From a virus (lineage: Duplodnaviria; Caudoviricetes): 64,000 nucleotides of DNA. This document shows, piece after piece, positions 59,626-64,000 of the stretch (positions are counted from its first letter, which is position 1; the number at the start of each line of letters is the position of its first letter). The notes below the pieces were generated by a model that was not told the origin of the DNA, ran no database searches, and was given only the letters and a program-made list of their open reading frames with translations. The stretch spans positions 464-64,463 of IMG/VR virus record IMGVR_UViG_3300044726_000026, one strand, 5' to 3'. A program made the translations under genes and the position numbers.

Positions 59626-59868
59626 ATGGCCACCTATATGATGCTTGTCGTTGGTGCGACGGAGGAAGAGGCGTCACTCTTCCTCACACAAGCAGAGATC
59701 AAACAAGTGTTCGACAGCGTGCCGGAACCGTGGCGTCACACGGCACGGCTCGTGGTCGAGCATCTCGGCAATACGGCAATCCTGAATTTGCTCGCCACGC
59801 TGCCTGATACCTGTCCCGACCAATTCCACGGCGGGTGGAGCACGTTGGAACGGGCCGACGAAGACTGA
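59626..59868 (+). CDS. hypothetical protein
   Basis: AAAGGA RBS. Confidence 0.55.
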   Translation: MATYMMLVVGATEEEASLFLTQAEIKQVFDSVPEPWRHTARLVVEHLGNTAILNLLATLPDTCPDQFHGGWSTLERADED

Positions 59869-59958
59869 AGTATACTTCCACAGACGGATGCCACCTCGCG
59901 GGGTGGCATCAGCCTGTCGAAGACGGCGGGACAACACACCAACAGGAGCAACACGACT

Positions 59959-60255
59959 ATGGCTTACGAACAAGGCGAAGTGATCGTGCCGGTGCTGAAC
60001 ATCAACGGAGCATCTGGCGACGATCTCTTGGGTGCGTACCAGGCGGCGCTCGACGCGCTGCGTGAGGCGATCACCTGCATGAACATGACCGCGCCGCACG
60101 GTCGGGACTTTCAGACCGAGCAGGAGTCGGTTCTGCGCGAGGCGCGTGACCAGCACCAGCGGCGGGTCAAGGCGGTCGCCGAGGTCTATCGCGACATCGA
60201 GGCGATTGCCTGTGCCGTGCATGACCAGTTGATGATCCGTCGTTTCGGTCGGTAA
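59959..60255 (+). CDS. hypothetical protein
   Basis: AACAGGAGCAAC RBS; P.LNINGASG..L...APHGRD. Confidence 0.65.
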   Translation: MAYEQGEVIVPVLNINGASGDDLLGAYQAALDALREAITCMNMTAPHGRDFQTEQESVLREARDQHQRRVKAVAEVYRDIEAIACAVHDQLMIRRFGR

Positions 60256-60270
60256 AAGGAAGTTACTTCC

Positions 60271-60492
60271 ATGATCGACAACTTCGAAAGTCGCATCCGA
60301 GAGTGGCGTTGGTACATCGCCGAGCAGAAAGTCGAACACCTGCTTGACACCAAATCCACAATCGTTGCGTGGTTGAAAAATCCGCTCCACATCTACGGGA
60401 CCGGGCCGACCGCGCAATCCGACCTCGAGTACGACCAGCTTCGGCTGGTCGAGATCGACGCCGAGATCAGACGTAGACGCCCACAGACGTAG
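60271..60492 (+). CDS. hypothetical protein
   Basis: ATG directly after a palindrome; stop inside the first unit of the repeat array. Confidence 0.55.
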   Translation: MIDNFESRIREWRWYIAEQKVEHLLDTKSTIVAWLKNPLHIYGTGPTAQSDLEYDQLRLVEIDAEIRRRRPQT

Positions 60493-60692
60493 CGCGGGTA
60501 CGCTGACCCACAGACGTAGCGTGGGTACGCTGACCCACAGACGTAGGGTAGGGCGCGTCCCCCACAGACGTAGGGTGGGGGCGCGCATGGCCTGACCGGC
60601 CACGCCAGGTACCATGACCCACAGCCGTATAGTGGGTACCCCTCCCCACAGCCGGGGAGTGGGTACCCACCCCCACAGACGTAGGGTGGGGG
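60480..60692. repeat. 27-bp-period array of CCCACAGACGTAG...GTGGG units (7 copies, degenerate)
   Basis: Units at 60480, 60507, 60534, 60561, 60618, 60645 and 60672. Confidence 0.9.
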
Positions 60693-60942
60693 AGCGAGCG
60701 TGCAAACGCGTACATCCGCGAGGGTGTGCGCGTATGCGCCTACGCGCGTACGCGCGCGTGCGTACGCCCGCGAGGGCGTGTGTGCGTGTGGGGGAGTGGG
60801 GGCGCTCGCGTATGCGTGCGAGCGTGTGACGCGGCTGCGCGGTTTCCGTATGACGCGCAACGCGGGCGGGCGGACGGGCTGGCGGACGCGGCCAGCCGCC
60901 CGCCTTGGCGGACGGGCTGGACGGTTGGCCGGTTGGCCGGTT

Positions 60943-60997
60943 GGCGGAAGTCACTTCCGGCAATTCGCAACCGGAACAATCGGAAGTGACTTCCGCC
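60943..60997. repeat. 17-bp inverted repeat built from two palindrome copies
   Basis: GGCGGAAGTCACTTCCG-N21-CGGAAGTGACTTCCGCC. Confidence 0.9.
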
Positions 60998-61075
60998 CGA
61001 TTGCCAGCCCGTCCAGAGCGGCCAGCCCGCCGCAATATTTGGCGGACTTCCGCCAACGGTTGCCGGTTTGAAGGT

Positions 61076-61104
61076 TTGACATACACCTAGCGTTGTGGGA
61101 TTAT
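61076..61104 (+). promoter_or_regulatory. sigma70-like promoter of ParB-like gene B
   Basis: TTGACA-N17-GATTAT. Confidence 0.7.
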
Positions 61105-61170
61105 GTGTTGCGGGAAAAAACCCGCCGCCAAGGCAATTGCCGGACGCGAAACGATTAGGAGTAAAACCAA

Positions 61171-62769
61171 GTGACGACAAATAGCTTCAAAAGCATTGCC
61201 GGTTTCACAATGCTTTCTGGCCTTCCCTGTATTGATCCGGCCATGATCCGGACCATTCCAGGTTACAACGTCCGCGATGCTTTCTCGCCCGAAACGGACG
61301 CGGCGGACGCCCAACTCGCGGACAATATGGCCGCGAACGGTTTCATCGCGGACAAGCCCATTACCGTCCGCATTGTGGACAACGTGGCGTACGTCATTGC
61401 CGGCCATCGCAGGCTGGACGCGGCCAATTGGCTAAACGCCCGTTATCTCGCGGCCAACCCGGCCAAGGGAAAGGCCAAGGCCAAGGCGGCTGCGGCCAAC
61501 CGTCCGATACGCGGCGTGACGTTCATTCCGGAAGCGGTACAGGCCAACGGTGAAATTCGTTCTCCGGTTGAAATGTCCTATGATCTCGAATTGAGCAACA
61601 CGGGCAAACCGCTTTCGCCAGCGGAACGCGGCGCGAATATCCTGCGGCTGCGCGCCATGGGAGAAACGGACGAAACGATCGCGCAACGGCTTGGCATCGG
61701 CACGCGTTGGGTTGGCGATTTGGCCAAGCTTGGCCGCAGTGATCCGCGATTGAAGGCGCTTGTTAAGGCGGGCGTCATTCCGCCTACAACGGCCATCCTG
61801 CTAGAACGCGCCCATGGTTCGGAAACCGGAACGGCAATCGCGATTGCCGCCGCCGCTCTCGCGGCGGCGGACGGCAAGCCCAACGCAACCGGCAAGCATG
61901 TGGCGGAAGCGGAAACCAACGCGGGCGTTGTCGCCAAGGTTGGCGGCAAGAACAAGAAAGGCGCGGACAAGCGGCCAGAGGAAACGCCCGCCGCGCCAAC
62001 CGTTACCGTCATTCCGGAAAAGGCCAAGGCCAACCCGGACAGTCCGCTTGTTACGATTGCGACACTGGCGGGACCGTTTCACTTGGGAAAGGATCTCGAA
62101 GAGCGGACGTTGTATGACGCCAACGGTTTGACGTTGTGCGAAATGGTGGACGTTGGGATGGCACGCGCAATGCTCCAACTCGCAATGCTGGGTTGGAACG
62201 TTGTGCGCGGAACGTCCGCCAGCGCAGCCGCAACGGAAGCGGCTGCGGCCAGCCCGCCAGCCGCCAAAGTGACGGCCAAGGCCAAGGCGGCTGCGGACGC
62301 CAAGGCCAAGGCGGACGCCAAGGCGGCTGCGGACGCGGAAGCGGCTGCGGCCATCGCGGCGGAAGCGGCTGCGCTGGACGCGGCGGAAGCCAAGGCCAAG
62401 CGCCAAGCGGAAGCCCGCGAGCGTGTTGCCCGTCAGGTTGCGGCGGACGATGCCAAGCGGGTTGCGGCTGCGGAAGCAAACCGCGCGGCGGCTGCGGCCA
62501 TGGTTGCCGGGAAGCCCATTGCGGCCATGGCCAAGGCGGCTGCGGCCAAAGTGACGGCCAAGGCCAAGGCGGACGCGGCCAAGGCGGCTGCGGACGCTCT
62601 GGCGGCTGCGGAAGCGGCGGAAGCGGAAGCGGCTGCGCTGGCCAAGGCGGAAGCGGCCAACGTCCGCAACGCCAACCGGGAAGCGGCCAAGGTTGCCAAG
62701 GCGGCTGCGGCTGCGGCCGCTCTGGCGGCTGGCAAGGCCAACGGAAAGGCCAAGCCCGCGCGGAAGTAG
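61171..62769 (+). CDS. ParB-like protein B (N-domain, HTH, long Ala/Lys-rich tail)
   Basis: PGYNVR, YVIAGHRRLDA, SNTGKPLSPAE, HTH ETDETIAQRLGIGTRWVGD; AGGAG RBS; own promoter and terminator. Confidence 0.85.
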   Translation: MTTNSFKSIAGFTMLSGLPCIDPAMIRTIPGYNVRDAFSPETDAADAQLADNMAANGFIADKPITVRIVDNVAYVIAGHRRLDAANWLNARYLAANPAKGKAKAKAAAANRPIRGVTFIPEAVQANGEIRSPVEMSYDLELSNTGKPLSPAERGANILRLRAMGETDETIAQRLGIGTRWVGDLAKLGRSDPRLKALVKAGVIPPTTAILLERAHGSETGTAIAIAAAALAAADGKPNATGKHVAEAETNAGVVAKVGGKNKKGADKRPEETPAAPTVTVIPEKAKANPDSPLVTIATLAGPFHLGKDLEERTLYDANGLTLCEMVDVGMARAMLQLAMLGWNVVRGTSASAAATEAAAASPPAAKVTAKAKAAADAKAKADAKAAADAEAAAAIAAEAAALDAAEAKAKRQAEARERVARQVAADDAKRVAAAEANRAAAAAMVAGKPIAAMAKAAAAKVTAKAKADAAKAAADALAAAEAAEAEAAALAKAEAANVRNANREAAKVAKAAAAAAALAAGKANGKAKPARK

Positions 62770-62775
62770 TCTAAC

Positions 62776-62812
62776 AAGCCCGCCGCTCAATTGAGCGGCG
62801 GGCTTTTCTTTT
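62776..62812 (+). terminator. rho-independent terminator
   Basis: AAGCCCGCCGCTC-AATT-GAGCGGCGGGCTT-TTCTTT. Confidence 0.85.
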
Positions 62813-62833
62813 CTCTTTTGTTGGAGTGTTGCC

Positions 62834-63040
62834 GTGTTTGCTCAATTCATACTTGATTGCTTCCCTGCGGACGTTTCGCAGTATGGCCTTATCGGCTGCG
62901 GTTTCTTTTCTGTACTTGTGGCCAGCATGGCCGGTTGGCTGGCGTGTTTCGCTTGGCTGGCCTTTGTCACTGTCCGCGATAGCTTGGCGGAAGCCCGCCG
63001 CGATTGCGCGGCGTACAACGCCCGCAACGGGTTGCGCTGA
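62834..63040 (+). CDS. small membrane protein
   Basis: GGAG RBS, GTG start, hydrophobic core. Confidence 0.4.
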   Translation: MFAQFILDCFPADVSQYGLIGCGFFSVLVASMAGWLACFAWLAFVTVRDSLAEARRDCAAYNARNGLR

Positions 63041-63138
63041 TATGCTGGCCGTGTTGCTGGCGGGCGTTGCCGTTGTGGCATTGCTTGGCCTTTGGGTTGT
63101 TCTGGACGCCTAAGCCCGTCCAGCCCGCCCGCCTTCCC

Positions 63139-63170
63139 AACCCGTCCGCCGCAAGGCGGGCGGGTTTTTT
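63139..63170 (+). terminator. rho-independent terminator
   Basis: AACCCGTCCGCC-GCAA-GGCGGGCGGGTT-TTTT. Confidence 0.7.
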
Positions 63171-63331
63171 CATGTCCGCCGCTTGGCCGCTCTGGCCGCT
63201 CTGGCCGCTCTGGACGGGCTGGCCAACCCGTCCAGAGCGGCCAGCCCGCCAGAGCGCAGCCGCAACCCGGCCAGCGCAGCCGCCTTGGCCAGAGCGCAGC
63301 CGCCCGCCAGCCCGCCAGCCGCAACCCGGCC

Positions 63332-63373
63332 AACCCGCCCGCCTTCCCAACCGGAAGGCGGGCGGGTTTTTTT
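63332..63373 (+). terminator. rho-independent terminator
   Basis: AACCCGCCCGCCTTCC-CAACC-GGAAGGCGGGCGGGTT-TTTTT. Confidence 0.7.
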
Positions 63374-63988
63374 ATGCCCGTTGCGGGCGGGTGCGGCGGG
63401 CTTACAGGCGGGCGGCTGGCCAGCCCGCTAGGGTACTAGCGGCCAGCCGCCCGCCCGCCTGTACGCCGCTCTGGACGCCCGCAAAGGCCATGCCGGGTTT
63501 TCTCATGCCGTGAGATTGTCTCATGTGGCGAGAAATCGCCGTACACGGCGTCCAGCCGCCAGCCCGCTAGGGTACTGGCCGCGCAATGCGGGCTGGCCTG
63601 TACGCCGCTCTGGACGCCCGCAAAGGGTATGCCGTCCGCGTAACATTTACGCCCGCGCAACCGTGCGACAATTCGGCAACACTGCGGACGGGCTGGCGGG
63701 CGGGCTGGCCAGCGCAACCCGGCCAGCCCGCTATTGCGCTAGCGTATCGGAAGCAACTTCCGATTGTGACGCTAGCGCAATGGCGCCATGGCGTGGCATA
63801 TGGTGCGATTGTGCAATGGTGCGATAGTGCAACCATGGTGCGGGTACCCTATTGCGTACGCGCAACGGTACGGGCTGGCGGGCGGACGGGCTGGCGGACG
63901 GGCTGGCGGGCTGGCGTTGCGCGATCGCAATAAATATTCATTCGGCAACCGCAATGGGGTCCCATCTCGATTGCGTAACGAGTGGGGG

Positions 63989-64000
63989 AGGGCGCAGAGC
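63989..64000 (+). other. putative cos cohesive end (Chi-like)
   Basis: Last 12 nt AGGGCGCAGAGC match 10/12 to GGTGCGCAGAGC, the Chi-type cos sequence as I recall it; gpA-type terminase present. Confidence 0.6.

Larger units (their letters stand above)
1353..60994. repeat. dispersed 13-bp palindrome family GGAAGT-N-ACTTCC (68 exact core copies counted by eye)
   Basis: 13-mer starts: 1353, 2095, 3106, 3986, 4311, 5303, 6127, 7633, 8861, 9753, 10735, 11245, 12631, 13074, 14012, 15969, 18184, 19060, 20235, 21682, 22832, 24563, 24686, 25691, 26877, 29255, 30843, 32276, 33981, 34493, 36525, 37509, 37861, 39727, 42848, 43736, 44471, 45103, 46171, 47314, 48441, 48692, 49066, 49551, 49998, 50750, 50970, 52319, 52773, 53358, 53774, 53885, 54102, 54538, 54952, 55211, 55532, 56156, 56720, 57030, 57841, 58057, 58600, 59052, 59600, 60258, 60946, 60982. 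Confidence 0.97.

Noticed and set aside
60480-60692. CRISPR array or mini-array
   Set aside because: The period is only 27 bp with near-identical intervening bases, there are no unique 25-45 bp spacers, and no cas genes. The same applies to 53442-53534.
1353-60994. Palindrome as sequencing adapter, transposon scar or MITE/REP element
   Set aside because: Copies keep reading frames intact in three frames, vary at the centre and outer bases, show no target duplications or shared flanks, and no transposase is present.
47000-64000. Integrase/repressor lysogeny module or complete ParABS plasmid-prophage system
   Set aside because: No tyrosine or serine recombinase, CI-like S24 repressor or ParA Walker-A protein recognised. 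They could lie left of the window.
1-64000. tRNA or rRNA genes
   Set aside because: No cloverleaf or T-loop signature noticed in intergenic gaps by eye. A tRNAscan-SE or Infernal run would be needed to exclude them.

Overview
The window holds most of a tailed dsDNA phage genome with Chi-like (Casjensviridae-type) gene order. From left to right: a leftward primase/VapE-like helicase running off the left edge; a replication block (DUF2800 nuclease, DUF2815 SSB-like protein, PolA, amino-MTase, MazG, VRR-NUC, SNF2 helicase); lambda-like terminase, portal, protease, capsid and long-tail genes; lysis genes; a moron block (two PEP-CTERM proteins and a beta-helix protein); a divergent early region of small genes; and a terminal ~3.5 kb segment ending in a Chi-like cos sequence at the last base. 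The main unexplained signal is a 13-bp palindrome, GGAAGT-N-ACTTCC (core GAAGTNACTTC). I counted 68 exact core copies by eye, in intergenic gaps, at stop/start junctions, beside promoters and inside essential genes in all three frames. The phage also encodes two ParB-like proteins and no visible ParA. One is the only large gene of the cos-proximal segment, which has distinct composition and is bounded by a hairpin-repeat array. I propose, as inference only, a phage ParB/dispersed parS-like genome-coating system, possibly tied to staged DNA entry. All family calls rest on motif recognition and synteny, not database searches.
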